From Chrysomallon squamiferum (lineage: Eukaryota > Animalia > Mollusca), in the NCBI GenBank assembly GCA_012295275.1, contig CM022673.1:27590001-27654000 (forward strand): a stretch of DNA of 64,000 bases, written 5' to 3'. The notes below the pieces were generated by a model that was given only the letters and a program-made list of their open reading frames with translations, had not been told where the DNA came from and did no database searches. Positions 30,830 through 49,045 of this stretch are shown one piece after another. The stretch's first letter is position 1, and every line of letters starts with the position of its first letter. A program made the translations under genes and the position numbers.

Positions 30830-31001
30830 CTGTCTGTCTAGTACTAACAGTAGCTGCAGCGATAGTAATAATAACAGCGGTAGTAGTAACAGCTCTCTCT
30901 ATCTCTGATACATTTGTTTCTCGTTTTTTCTTTCACACATAATTCCGTCTCTCTTTCTTAACCTATATGAAACACACACCCTCTAATACTACTACTAAAA
31001 T

Positions 31002-31084
<83 letters not shown>

Positions 31085-31409
31085 CATAGTATTATTTATA
31101 TTTCTGTCATATTTATGTTTTTGCAGACGGTTAGCCAAGTTTGTGTTGGTGCTCGTCCCACTGTTTGGTATCATGTACATTGTGTTTCACGTGGCATTCC
31201 CAGCAAAGTTTCATTTCGCAGTCAACCTGACACATTTGTACGTTGAAATGGCGTACAATTCTTTACAGGTTAGTAAGCTTTCGTTCCTTGACTGTACAAC
31301 AACAACAACAAAGAATTATAATAAAAACAATAACAATAATGATGATGATAATGTTGATGACAACGACAACAAGAACAATAAAAAGAACAATAATAAAAAG
31401 AACACAATA

Positions 31410-31467
<58 letters not shown>

Positions 31468-32736
31468 TATAATAATGACGATAACAACATCAACAACAAT
31501 ACTAAAGATAACAATATCTACTTCAACAACAACAAATACTGATGATATGTAAAGAGAAAAATAATTGTAAATATTACTTTAAAAATACTAGTGATTTTTG
31601 CAATCATTTTTTGTACCTAGGTTACAGCAATGTAAAATGTTAAAATAAACAGAAACAGCATATACAATTTGCTGTGATGAAAAGATAATTTTAACTTCTG
31701 TATAACTGTATTGTTAGATCGCTATAACGTTATGTGAATTTAAAAGTAAATGATTTCATGAAACACTGATGTGCTGATCTTTGTCGTTACTTTTCTGTTG
31801 CTTGTACTGAATACGTCCATTTTGTATCTTTTACAGGGTTTCATCCTTGCTCTGTTGTTTTGCTTTCTAAATGAGGAGGTGAGTTTAATTTCGCGTTTCT
31901 AAACATAGCAACAATGAGTCTATATGTATATACATTTGTATGTACGTGTGTACGTATGAATATATATGTACGCACACACACACGCATACGCACACGTATA
32001 TGAATGGTTGGATGGATGGATGGATGTATAAATATATGCGTATGTACAACAGCACAACAAAATAAGTAATAAAACTGGCTGTTATCAGTTATAACGAAAT
32101 TTGTTTTCTCTTGTCTAATTATTATACTACAGCAGATTCTAATTACATACCGAACTGTCAAATTATTACTTAAAATATTTTTATTATATTTAATTCATTC
32201 TTTATATTGTTTTTACCAAATAAATAAATAAATAAATAATGAAAGAAAGAAGAAAGAAAGAAGCAAGAAAGAAAGAAAGAAAGAAAAAAGAAAAAAACGT
32301 TTTATATTGCTTGCACCTTCCAACAAGTTTACCCTAAACAGAACAGCAACAGTTAAGTTTTATTCTCTTATTGTGATTACTGTTTACACCTTTCTGTAAT
32401 CCGTTACGACAGGTTCACAGAGAACTCAAAAGGATGTGGCTGCGACAGAAGAGCAGAAGAGGTGACGGGACAGCACTTACCCGATCGTTTGCAATGTCTT
32501 CCGTCAAACGGCACCCGAGCTCTTGCAGAATGGCCAACGGACGGGCGTTTTCGAAGAAAGAAGACAAAGACCACATATTCCGAAAAATCAAAAACGGGGC
32601 CAGGAACTTTTTCAAAATTCCCGAAACAACCAGCGCGTCGAACGTCGAAGGCAAGGAGGTTAACGTCGTCATCGAAGACGTCGAGTCGATGTTCAGAAAC
32701 AAGAGTGACTGCAGACTGTCTGGGACCCCGTTGTGA
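27044..32736 (+). CDS. Class B1 (secretin-family) GPCR, parathyroid hormone receptor-like; 12 coding exons, first coding exon not firmly located
   Basis: Exons 27044-27128, 27520-27648, 27895-28010, 28396-28490, 28882-29050, 29437-29593, 30017-30077, 30309-30378, 30610-30698, 31127-31268, 31837-31878, 32413-32736. All have AG/GT boundaries with compatible phases and join to 1479 nt (492 aa plus stop) with no internal stop. The ectodomain has six Cys (AQAEC, C..AWDRILCW, CPDYI, RYCTENGTW, TWTDFSQC), resembling human PTH1R AQAQC/EWDHILCW/CPDYIYDF. TM motifs: TIGYGISL, LHINLF, WIFMEGLYLH, PLFG, NSLQG-FILALLFCFLNEEV. The 42-nt TM7 exon is typical of class B1 genes. Confidence 0.93.
27236..27316. 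repeat. Degenerate (CCCTAA)n interstitial telomere-like tract in a GPCR intron
   Basis: A run of ACCCTAA/ACCTAA/ACTCTAA variants, including CTAACCCTAACCCT. Confidence 0.65.
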
Positions 32737-33109
32737 TGAATGAACCGTTTTAAATGAAACGTGAAATGTTAGTGTTGTTTTGTACACGGTTTAAGTTTCG
32801 CAGGTATGAGTTTTCACGGAGAGGAGATCAAACACTGAATTGCAGAATTCGGCTGAAGTAGGGAACACATCTGAATGAAAGAGCGATTTACGACGAATTC
32901 TGGTGTTGCAGTCACAAAGAAAAGCAATGGTGTCGTTTATTAAAAACGTTTTTATATGTATTTATACAACCTGCTATGTTATGAAGTGTATTAATACTTG
33001 CTTTCTTTATCAGAAAAAACAAATAAAACTGGTAAAAAAAAGAGATAATAATAATAACAAAAACAACATCAACATCAACATAATAATAAGCAAATAAGCA
33101 AAAATGTAT

Positions 33110-33153
<44 letters not shown>

Positions 33154-33180
33154 TCGTACACCTTAGTAAATAAAATAAGT

Positions 33181-33218
<38 letters not shown>

Positions 33219-33257
33219 GCATCAATAATAATAATAATAATAAAAATAATAAAAAAA

Positions 33258-33330
<73 letters not shown>

Positions 33331-34223
33331 TTAACTACTAATAATAAAATAAAACAAACAAATTATTTACAATATACTGATGTACATATTCTTGGAACGG
33401 AGGAGTTTCCTAAACATAGGCTCTTTAATAGTAGAAACAAGCTTTGACGGAAATAGGTTGTAAGCAAAATACAGACTTCCAAGTAAGAACCTGACGTTTA
33501 ATACACAGCAGGTCTAAGCTAAAATTCAGTAACTGAACCAATACGTATTTGGTAAATAATTACAGTTACAAAATATCAAAGATATGGCGACTGAAATAAA
33601 ATGTGACTGTTGTTGTATATAAGTATAGAAATATACTGGTTGTAAAATACTAATATATATATATATATACACATGTATGTATGTTTGAGTGTGTGCGTGT
33701 ACCTGTGTGCGTGCGCGCGTGTGTTTGTTTGTGTATATGAGTGTATATTCATTGCTATGAGAGAAAACATTAGATTAAAAATAACTGTACGATAAACACA
33801 ACTGAACTTTTGAAATGTTCAGGCGTAGAGATGGACAGACACAAGGGGATCGTTTTCGAAATCCTACTTTTGTGAAAACATACACAATATGGAGATAATC
33901 CTGCATAGTACAAGATGTCATAAAATATAACGATGTTAATTGTTTAACTTAAAAAAAAATATGTCATGGTATCGCTACGTAATTGCGAATCTACTTAACT
34001 TGTATGTTTGTATGTAGGGGAAATGTGTCTATTTTAATCGGTGTTTATTTATTTATTTTTTTTTTTTAAAATCTCTTTACGTAAGCACAACCTAGCATAA
34101 ATAACGTCAAACATTTTGTCAAAAATTTATTATATATCCGTGCCTTGTTCTGTTATGCCTGAAATAATTTCATTTGTTAAATAATGTGTGTTTAGTTAAG
34201 GAACATTTTCATTAGTTTATAGG

Positions 34224-34336
<113 letters not shown>

Positions 34337-34628
34337 GTCTCTGTCTCTGTCTCTCTCTTTCTCTCTCTCTCTCTGGCACAGGCACATTAAAACACATACC
34401 CAAACACAAATATTAGCATACGCACACAACACACACACACACACACACACACATATAATTCGGAACATTTCAGATGAAATTTACAGCCATATATTTTTTC
34501 TCAACATCCAATTTAATTACAAAATATGATATACTGAAATACTTCGAAGTTGACGTATTTTGGTTTGCATCGTGTAAAGCTGATCTGTATTTATATACTT
34601 CAGTTATGTAAATCTCTTTGCTCAGTAA

Positions 34629-34670
<42 letters not shown>

Positions 34671-34712
34671 GGTTGTATATATTTATATATACTTTTTTAT
34701 ACGATAGCATTC

Positions 34713-34776
<64 letters not shown>

Positions 34777-35041
34777 CAACAACAATAATAATAATAACAA
34801 CAACAACAACAATAATAAAATAATCACAATAATAATAATACACTTGACAATCTTTCTTTTTATATAACATATTATATGTATATCGGCATCAAGAAAGGAC
34901 TAAAAATGCCTACTGTGGCATTGGTTTGATTATTAGTTGAAGTATATTGGAAATTGGAGATATCTGTGTTTTTCAGCGATTACCAAGTATATGACATGTC
35001 TTTGTTTAAGAAATAAATTATAATATATAACGCATTGTCTT

Positions 35042-35092
<51 letters not shown>

Positions 35093-35806
35093 AATAATTA
35101 TTATTTTTATTATTATTATTTTTAACAGTTATATAGCTTGAACGTTTAAAAAACTTAATGTTTATAAAACCCGCGTCACAAAATTAACACGAGAAACCAT
35201 TTGTGGTTTTTACGATGAACAGAACGGTTCATACTGCGCAGGTAACGTGATAGTACACACGTGATACACGTATTACGTTACGTACAACGTACGTCTGGCG
35301 TGTTACCTCTGTCGTTTCAGTCGGGTTAGTGTCCGCTTGTTTCAAGTGCTACAGATAGCGATGTCAAGTTGTATAATGTTGACAGTGTAGAAATATCGTT
35401 CTTCCTACCAATGTTAAAATTCAAACATTTATGAAAATTAGTAGTAGAAGTAGTAAGAGTAGTAGTAGTAGTAGTAGCAGCAGTAGTAGTAGTAGTAGTA
35501 GTAGTAGTTGTTGTTGAAGTAGTTGTAGTAATAACCATGATATATTTGTTACATACAGGGATGAATCTTATACAACTAATACAGTTTAAGCTTCAGACAC
35601 CTGATCACAAAAGGGCCTCAGAGATCTTAAACTTTTAACAAAAGTCTGAGCTGCATCTCAGCTTATAAAACAGAACATTCCCACAGAAGCAGATATCAGC
35701 GGTTATCCAGACATCGTTGCTGCTGACGAAGTACCCCATAATTGTTCATAATTTCTCCGCCCCTGATTACACACACACACACACACACACACACCACACA
35801 CACACA

Positions 35807-35850
<44 letters not shown>

Positions 35851-35939
35851 CGACCACATATTACATGAGATAAAAAAAGAAGGACATGGCTATAATGATA
35901 AGACAAGAACAGTGACTATTACTTTACAGATAAGTTAAA

Positions 35940-35986
<47 letters not shown>

Positions 35987-36257
35987 AATATAATAAATAC
36001 AACATTGTTGACCAATTTTATTATCTCACAATAACATTTAAACCATATGTAATTTGTCCGTATATAAGTACCACATACAAGCACTGAAATACTTCGTCCT
36101 TTTTTTTTTATTTATTATTACTTTTTTTATTTATAGTTTATTGCGTGCATCACACATGATAACAGATAATATTATAACAACAAGTATCCTTTATCTATAA
36201 ATACATTTACAACAAACTGAGATTAGGGATTAAAATACACAACACTGATTTTAGACA

Positions 36258-36286
36258 TCACGTGAACTGTGGCAGGTGTGACGTCA
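36258..36286 (+). promoter_or_regulatory. CLEAR-like E-box plus full CRE just upstream of the copy A start codon
   Basis: TCACGTGA at 36258-36265 and TGACGTCA at 36279-36286, 75-100 nt before ATG 36361. Function is inferred from motifs only. Confidence 0.5.
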
Positions 36287-36360
36287 GCTTCGATCCTTCC
36301 TCCTAGAGAGCTGATGAAGTGACACTTACAACGTTAGTGATCTAATTAATGACTTACACA

Positions 36361-40981
<4,621 letters not shown>

Positions 40982-41476
40982 ACTTTGTAGATGTCATCTA
41001 TGACAAAAGAACAAAAAAAAAAAAATAAAAAAAACAGAAAAAAAAAAAAAAAAAAATAAATAAACAACCTGCAAGAAATATTCTGAATGAAGACCGCACA
41101 GAAATGAAGTCATCAGTCCTCGTATCAATCAGTCCGCCATACAGGGAAACTCCATTTCTAGGATAATTTTTACATTGGTTCCGTGTTATATATATATATA
41201 TATAGTTGTTAGTTTGTACTGGATATTCAATTTTTTCGTATTACAGTATTTTGTTAATTTGTATTTCATTGTTACGTTTTGATTATAAAGTGTATTTTTA
41301 CTTTTCCCAGTATTGATGTTTTACATTTTCACCTTTAATATTTCGCAGGCATTTGAAAACCACGTGTACCAAGCGGGACAAAGCACACACACGAACGCAC
41401 GCACGCACGCACTCACACAAACACGCAAAAATACGCACATACAAACACATATGTATGTATGTGTATTTCCATTTAC

Positions 41477-41514
<38 letters not shown>

Positions 41515-41754
41515 CGCTACTCAGTGATATATTTAGACGAGATATCAGCTTTCAGAAACCACGGGTCAGATAGAGAATAAACCTTACAATACAAATATAC
41601 CCTCACTGTCTCGCAGTTCGAGTTTGCGCTCGTTGAACTTTGCCCTTTAATCATAACAGCGTTGTCAGTCACTTAACATACACGTCACAATGCAGTGAGT
41701 ATCACATGCTATAAGTTGTTACGTGGCACGTGCGATTTAATTCCGGGACTGAAA

Positions 41755-41988
41755 ATGGAGGACCTCGGAGAAGTGTGTATTGTGACAACCGTTCTTTGCG
41801 TTCTGTTGTTACGTGAAACGGGATTTGTCAACGGAACAGACTCGTGCGTGAAAACAGGACCCTGCTCGTGCAAAAGCTCACAGGGGACGATAGATCTGAG
41901 TCCTCTCGCTTCCGAGGGATCTGCTAGGTAAGTTGTGTACCAGTTTCTTCAGAGAAGGAAGGAATATTTAACGGAAGGGTAGCTTTAC

Positions 41989-42067
<79 letters not shown>

Positions 42068-42184
42068 TTAGAACTTTATTAGTATTATTAATGTTGTTAT
42101 GTTGTTACTGTTGTTGGTGTTGTTTTCGTTGTTGTTGTTGTTGTTCTTCTTCTTTTTCTTTTTCATTTTCTTCTTCTTCTTCTT

Positions 42185-42215
<31 letters not shown>

Positions 42216-45200
42216 TTATTACTGTTACTGTTACAGGTTTCCAGATATCTCTGAGTTGGGTGCTCAATGGAGATTTTCCTGGAATCCTTGCAAATCATTC
42301 ACTGAAGGAACATGTGACAATGTAGCCGTAAGTTTATCATTTGTTACCTTTTTACTTTATAAAATACTACTACTACTAACTACTATACTACTACTACTAC
42401 TACTACTACTAATAATAATAATAATAATAATAATAATATAGTGGCAGTAGTAATAGTAGGAGTAATAATAATAACAACAACAATAACATTAAGAATTATA
42501 ATAATTAAAATGATAGTAATAATGGACAGAATTCGTTAATATCATTAGAAGTTTTATCATTTATCTAACTAAAGTTTGTAGTCCATTTCGAACATACTGA
42601 AACAATGAATTAAACCATTACCTATTTAAATATAGCATTAATAATGAAATAATGTTAACTGGAGTAAGTTAAAATTCTGAAAACAATGTTCTGTGAAGTA
42701 ACCATAACAAACAATTAAAATAAAGTTCAGAGGAGTACATGTAAAATAAGTAATTAAAGAGGTAAATATTACATAAATAATTAAAATAATGTTCACTGAG
42801 ATAAATATTACATAAATAATTAAAATAATATTCATTGAAGTACAAATAAGATAAATTATTAAAAATAATTTTAAGTAAGTAAATATTACATAAATAATTA
42901 AAAATAATGTTCAGTGAGGTAAGTATTAAATAAGTAATACAAATAATGTTCAGTGAGATTAATATTACATAAATAATTTAAATAATGTTCAGTGAGATTA
43001 ATATTACATAAATAATTAAAATAATGCTCAGTGAGATTAATATTAATAAATAAAAATAATATTCAGTGAAGTAAATGTAACATAAGTAATTAAAATGATG
43101 TTAACAGGGGTATATATTACATAAATAATAAAAATAATGTTAACAGGGGTAAATATTACATAAATAATAAAAATAATGTTCAGTGAGGTAAATATTACAT
43201 AAATAATAAATAATGTTTTGTTTTGTGAACAGGCCTGTCAATCTAGTAATGACAAACAGTACTACTATAACATTGGTACACAAGATTCAGCTAAGTTTGG
43301 TGTAGACTCCATGACTGGACATGTCACTTTGTCCTACAGCGCTGAGCAAACTGGATTTACGCGGTAAGGTAGTGATAATGTTAAAAATAATTACACTGAA
43401 ATTTCTAAATGTTCTGTGTGATTTTGTTCATTGTCTGTTCGGTGTTACATACGTAAAACAGAAGTACAGTGATGATTTAAGTTTTATGTCCTATTCTTTG
43501 CAGTACAAACGCACACATGTGCACACACACATACGAACTATAAAATTGTATTACATATATTATGTATTCTAATATATATATATATATATATATTACAGTC
43601 AATATGTCATTTGGTCTAATGCCTGAAACGTTTAGGCATTTAGCCTAATGCCGAAGACCATTAGACATTAGGCATAATGACTAAATGTTTCAGGAATTAG
43701 GCCAAATGACAAAAATTCCCAGGAATTAGGCCAAATGACTAAAATTTCCAGAAATTAGGCCAAATGACTAAAATTTCCAGGAATTAGGCCAAATGACTGG
43801 ACTTTGGTTGGTGTTGTTTGACATTCTGCCTGATAGCAATTCAGACAACCAGTCAGATAGGTTTAATGCTCTGCTTACATCTGTTCATTGTAGGGATTAA
43901 TGGTTCAATTCAGTTGTTTATTATCGTAAGTTTTACAGCTTATTGATATTCACTGTCAATAAAAAAAAAATGCAAGAAGTACAAACAGTGAAAGTTCGAT
44001 AAAAAGAAAAAAAAAACGTTTGGAGAATATAAATAATATAAAATATACAGCACATAAAATATACCTAACTAATAAAAACCTTTCTACATTGAAATGCTTT
44101 AAACAAATATTTTCCCACATTACACAGTCATTTCTTATTTTCAGTCTCATCTTCAGTTCCACCGCTGTTACATAACATACATATTCTTTCTGCTCGCTCA
44201 GTATTCCTGTATTTCCCAGTCTCAACTGTCAGCTGATGTGCAGATAGCTTCACTTTTGTTAAGCATCGTTTATAAATCACTGGTATAGATTTAACTAAAT
44301 AAAACTTAAATGTTACAAAATCGGTAATATATTAATTGCAACCAATATTTAATCATTCGATAAGTATGCTGATAAACTAGTGGGAAACCACCCAATTCAA
44401 AATAGACCATAATATTTGTGGCTGATCCTTTAATATTTAAAATAGTTTTGGAAAAATCTTAGTGAATTTTCTTAATAATATTTGCTTTTTGAAAACCATA
44501 TATCTCAGCACACTAGTAACAACTCTGAGCTTGACCAGTTTCCACCCAACTCTGAGCTTGACCAGTTTCCAACAACTCTGAGCTTGACCAGTTTCTGCCC
44601 AACTCTGAGCTTGACCAGTTTCCACCCAACTCTGAGCTTGACCAATTGCCAGGAACCTGCTGGAAGTGATTGCAGATGTTCATGACAGTGGATAGAATAC
44701 AAGAGCATGCCCGTCTGGTACAATTCTGAAAGTCAAATATTTCAGGAACCAGTTTGATGTGTGTTCCTAGAGACTGCTGTTGTTGGATGATGTGAACAGA
44801 GAACGCACAATGTCTCTTAGAGCATCAGTGTCAAAGGAGTCATCAACAAGGGTTTGTGAAATGCAACTGTGTGGGGACAAAGAGGTGTCAGACAAAACGT
44901 TGTAAACGTTTCAAGAACAAATTTTGTGCAGTTGAAGATCTGAACTGCTGTAATCAATAGAACACTACTTGATGTTTTTCGATATAAATGTTTTCATGCA
45001 ACTGCAAGTCATTCGTTTTCATTCGGTCATTTTGCCTAATGACTAGATGTCTATTTCAGTCGTTTGGCTTAATACCTGGAAATTCTAACCATTAGGCCAA
45101 ACGCCTGACGGTCTTGGGCATTAGGCTAAATATGCCTAAACATTTCAGACATTAGGCCAAATGATTAGTTTGACATATTGACTGTAACATACTAGGTGGC

Positions 45201-45447
45201 CCAAAAGTTGGTGGACAGTGAATGATATTTTGATTATCTCTGGATTGTCTGAAAAGAAAACATTAAATTTAAATAATTGTAGTTATAAAATATTAAATAA
45301 TATAGCACAAATACCATTTGTAATTATAATTAACACCATTGTAATAATATAACCCTAATTAACATACTGCCCACCTACTTTTGGAGCACCCTGTATGTTA
45401 CAGTCAGTATGTCATACTAGTCAAAATAAATAACTAAATAGATAAAC

Positions 45448-45514
<67 letters not shown>

Positions 45515-46294
45515 ACACACACAAACAACACTTCTGTGGGACCTTTAATGAAATGTTACCTGAATTTTTTCGTCGTTTATTTCAGAACATCAACAATTGA
45601 TCTTACCTGTGATGAAAACGAGGAAGGAACTTTCACTTACAACAAAGAAGACCCGCCAGCTAGTGGAAATTTTGTAAGTGTAACAGTAGTTTAACAGGTT
45701 TTAACTGTGTCTGTATCTGAAGAAAAAGAAGAAAGGAAAATGCTTACAAAAATAAACGTAAATTTACAACAAACAGGAATCAGAAACAATAAATAAATAA
45801 AATAAAATAAAACAAAATAAAACAAACAAGCAAACAAACAAACAAACAAACAAATAAACAAACAAATAAACAAACAAATAAAGAAAGTAAAAATTAAAAG
45901 ATAGCAAACAAAAATAGACAAACAAAAAATAAGAACATTTCCATAGGAGAAATATTTATAACTGTATGAATGTTTTATTTAGTATAAATGGAAAACTAAT
46001 GTGTTTCTGACTCTTTCCCGCTTCAGTAATTATGTCACAGACAGTTTTTTTATATTAATTCCTGTTTGGGAAGGACCATAAAGCATATAATGCTAATCGG
46101 TACGATGTGTGTATGTGTGTCTTTGTGCGTTTGCATGCGTCTGTATGTGCATGCGTGCGTGCATGTGTGTTGCACACCCGATGTTATAATGTATGTACCC
46201 CGAGCGTTTGTTAATTAATTCATTAATTAACTTATTCATTTATTATTATTATTACCATTGACGTAGGTTTCTGCAACTATTTAATTGACAGCAC

Positions 46295-46375
<81 letters not shown>

Positions 46376-47027
46376 GAAGAAGATTATCAACAACAACGAA
46401 ATCATTATTGTTATTATTGTGATCATCATCATCATCATTATTTTCTCTGTCCATCACACAGACAATTTCTTATTGAGAAACACAGTAATTAGTGCCTGCA
46501 GGCGTTATACATTCTAATAATGTTTATGTAGATGTTTTATTTTTCAGTTTTTTACACTAACTAGTAAATATGCGTGTCCCGGGACAGTCGAAAGTTCAAG
46601 TATTTCAGTTGGAAGTATACTGTGTATTGTGTAAGTAATAATAATATCAATGTGCTGTTTCTTTTAATACTAATCTTAAAAGAACGTATATAATAATATT
46701 GTATATTTGACGCTTTTATTAATTGGTATAATATCACTAAACTATTTGAACGCACATAATTCGCACAATTTTCATCTTCGTGATTATTGTTCTTGCTTTT
46801 GTTGTTGTTGTTGTTTGTTAATTAATTAATTAATATATTTTTTAATTTGTTTGTTTGTTTGTTTATTTATTTATTTTCTTTATTTTCTTTGATAAATAAC
46901 ATATGATCTGGTTTTGAACTAGGTTGACATGAAATGTTAATTAATTCTCGTAACGTACATACGCACACACAGACGCACGCACACACCCACACACAGTCCT
47001 AGAAAACAGATAGAAACATATGTGTAT

Positions 47028-47060
<33 letters not shown>

Positions 47061-47472
47061 TTGGCATGAATAAATAAAATTTTTGTTTTGTTGTCAGACT
47101 TTTTTCTGTCATCTTCGTGTACGTGGTTAGTGGAATATCTTACCTAACTTTCGTACGTAAAGCGTCAGGGAAGGAAAAGATACCCAACTACAGTTTCTGG
47201 TCATCAGTACCTGGTCTTATTCGAGTGAGTAACATTTAGAAACAATTTTTTCAGTTTGTTTTGTTTTGTTCTGGAGACTGCAGAGGTCTTTTATTTATTT
47301 AATAGTGAAATTTGTTTAACATTTAATATAATTTAATTTAATTTAATGATGATGTGCTGTATAAGTTGTCTTATTAGATTTTTTTAAATTTTTATATTCT
47401 TGTTTTCTTTTTCAGGACGGTGTTCTGTTTACCGTGAAATGTGGGAAGAGTAGTACTTACGATAAGATTTAA
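41755..47472 (+). CDS. Copy B: CD-M6PR/ATG27-like MRH membrane protein, intact, 249 aa
   Basis: Exons 41755-41927, 42237-42327, 43233-43363, 45586-45673, 46548-46630, 47098-47224, 47416-47472 (750 nt). Intron positions and phases match copy A and the frame is open throughout. Ends DGVLFTVKCGKSSTYDKI-stop. Confidence 0.9.
42640..43215. repeat. AT-rich minisatellite of about 37-38 bp in intron 2 of copy B
   Basis: Repeated AAATAATTAAAATAATGTTCAGTGAGGTAAATATTACAT variants running up to the exon 3 acceptor. Confidence 0.85.
43691..43798. repeat. 29-bp subterminal tandem repeat x4 inside the long-TIR element
   Basis: CAGGAATTAGGCCAAATGACTAAAATTTC variants at 43691, 43720, 43749 and 43778. Confidence 0.85.
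44520..44650. repeat. 26-27-bp tandem repeat x5
   Basis: CAACTCTGAGCTTGACCAGTTTC(CACC) at 44520, 44547, 44573, 44600 and 44627. Confidence 0.9.
45192..45393. mobile_element. Tc1/mariner-type MITE, about 200 bp
   Basis: 28-bp TIRs, CTAGGTGGCCCAAAAGTTGGTGGACAGT and reverse-complemented CAGGGTGCTCCAAAAGTAGGTGGGCAGT (22/28), with TA on both sides and an AT-rich interior. Confidence 0.72.
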
Positions 47473-48180
47473 AGACACTGAATCTGAACTTAAGCATTGC
47501 AAGCTAAAGTTTAAGTATTCAAACATGTAGGATGTATGAAATGTATATGTGGTACTAATTGTAAATATTTTTGTCGGTTGTTAAATAATAAGCATCAAGT
47601 CGTTTCTTACTGGTTGCAGATTTTGTCAGCCGTTTTGTAGCTTCCAAACTTTCCAAGATAAAGATAACACGAGTCTCCGAATTTAGTCCACTCTTTTTTT
47701 TTTTTTTGTAATTCTTTTAGTGATTGAATACATTTTAACTAGTATTTTTTAAAATGCTTTAATTTTTGTTGTTGTAATTCTTTTAGTGATTGACTAAATT
47801 TTAACAAGTATTTTTTAAAATGCTCTTTTTTTTGTAATTGTTTTCAAACATATAAATAAATAAATTTAAAAAAATGCAAATTAACAGTTGTTTTAGACTT
47901 AACGAATATACTGAATAAAAAGAATTGAAATATTTTAACATTACAACTGTCTCCTCTTTGAAGGACTAAGCGTCTCTGAAATTGAAAAACGAGGAACAGT
48001 ATTGTTGTTTGTTTGTACTTTTTGAATACAGTATTTTATTAATTTGTATTTGATGTTACGTTTTGATTATAAAGTGAGTTTTACTTTTTCAAATGTTGAT
48101 GTTATACATTTTGACCTTTAATATTTCGCAGGCATTTAAAGCCACGCACGCACGCACACGCACACACATACAGACTTAGA

Positions 48181-48754
48181 TGTATGTATGTATGTATGTA
48201 TGTATGTATGTATGTATGTATGTATGTTAATGTATGTATCCATATACTGACATATATACTAACACACACACACACACAGACTCACATACACACAAACACA
48301 AACACAAACACGTATATATGCATGTATATATGTATGTATGTATGTATGCATGTATGTATGTATGTATGCATGTATGTATGTATGTTAATGTATGTATCCA
48401 TATACTGATATATATACTAACACACACACACCCACAGACTCACATACACACAAACACAAACACAAACACGTATATATGCATGTATGTATGTATTTATGTT
48501 TGTTTGTTTGTATGTATGTATGTATGTATGTATGTATGTATGTATGTATGTTAATGTATGTATCCATATACTGATATATATATATACTAACTCACACACA
48601 CACACACACACACACAGACTCACATACACACAAACACAAACACGTATATATGCATGTATGTATTTATGTGTGTTTGTATGTATGCATGTATGCATGTATG
48701 TATGTATGTATGTATGTTAATGTATGTATCCCTATACTGATATATATATATATA

Positions 48755-48785
<31 letters not shown>

Positions 48786-48820
48786 CACTCAGACACACAC
48801 ACACACACACACACACACAC
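48181..48820. repeat. Higher-order repeat of compound (TATG)n/(CA)n microsatellites, about 160-bp unit x4
   Basis: The spacer TTAATGTATGTATCCATATACTGA occurs four times and GACTCACATACACACAAACAC three times upstream of copy C. Confidence 0.75.
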
Positions 48821-48974
48821 AAGGCCGGCTACTCAGTGATATATTTAGACTATATCAGCTTTCAGCAAACACGGATCAGGAAGAGAATAAATTTACAGTA
48901 CAAATATACCCTCACTGTCTCGCTGTTCGAGTTTGCGCTCGTTGTACTTCGTCACGCCAACCTACACCGCTTCG

Positions 48975-49045
48975 TCAGTCACTTAACATACACGTCACAA
49001 TGCAGTAAGTAGAATCACGTGATATACGTCGTCACGTGGCACGTG
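48975..49045 (+). promoter_or_regulatory. Initiator-like TCAGTC and three CACGTG E-boxes upstream of copy C
   Basis: TCAGTC lies about 90 nt before the ATG in B, C and D. C has TCACGTGA at 49015, GTCACGTGGC at 49031 and CACGTG at 49040. Confidence 0.45.

Larger units (their letters stand above)
43591..45189. mobile_element. Non-autonomous long-TIR DNA element in intron 3 of copy B
   Basis: The left end TATTACAGTCAATATGTCA-TTTGGTCTAATGCCTGAAACGTTTAGGCA is mirrored by the right end ...CAAATGATTAGTTTGACATATTGACTGTAACA over roughly 100 bp or more. It has subterminal 29-bp repeats, no intact transposase, and is absent from the homologous intron in C and D. Superfamily not assigned. Confidence 0.75.

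Noticed and set aside
32404-32787. 127-aa and 95-aa minus-strand ORFs and the 93-aa alternative-frame ORF
   Set aside because: They are shadows of the GC-richer last GPCR exon; the frame ending at TGA 32736 continues the receptor.
44520-44650. CRISPR-like appearance of the 27-bp repeats, also the 21-bp and 29-bp arrays
   Set aside because: They are head-to-tail tandem units with no unique spacers, no cas genes and a eukaryotic intronic context.
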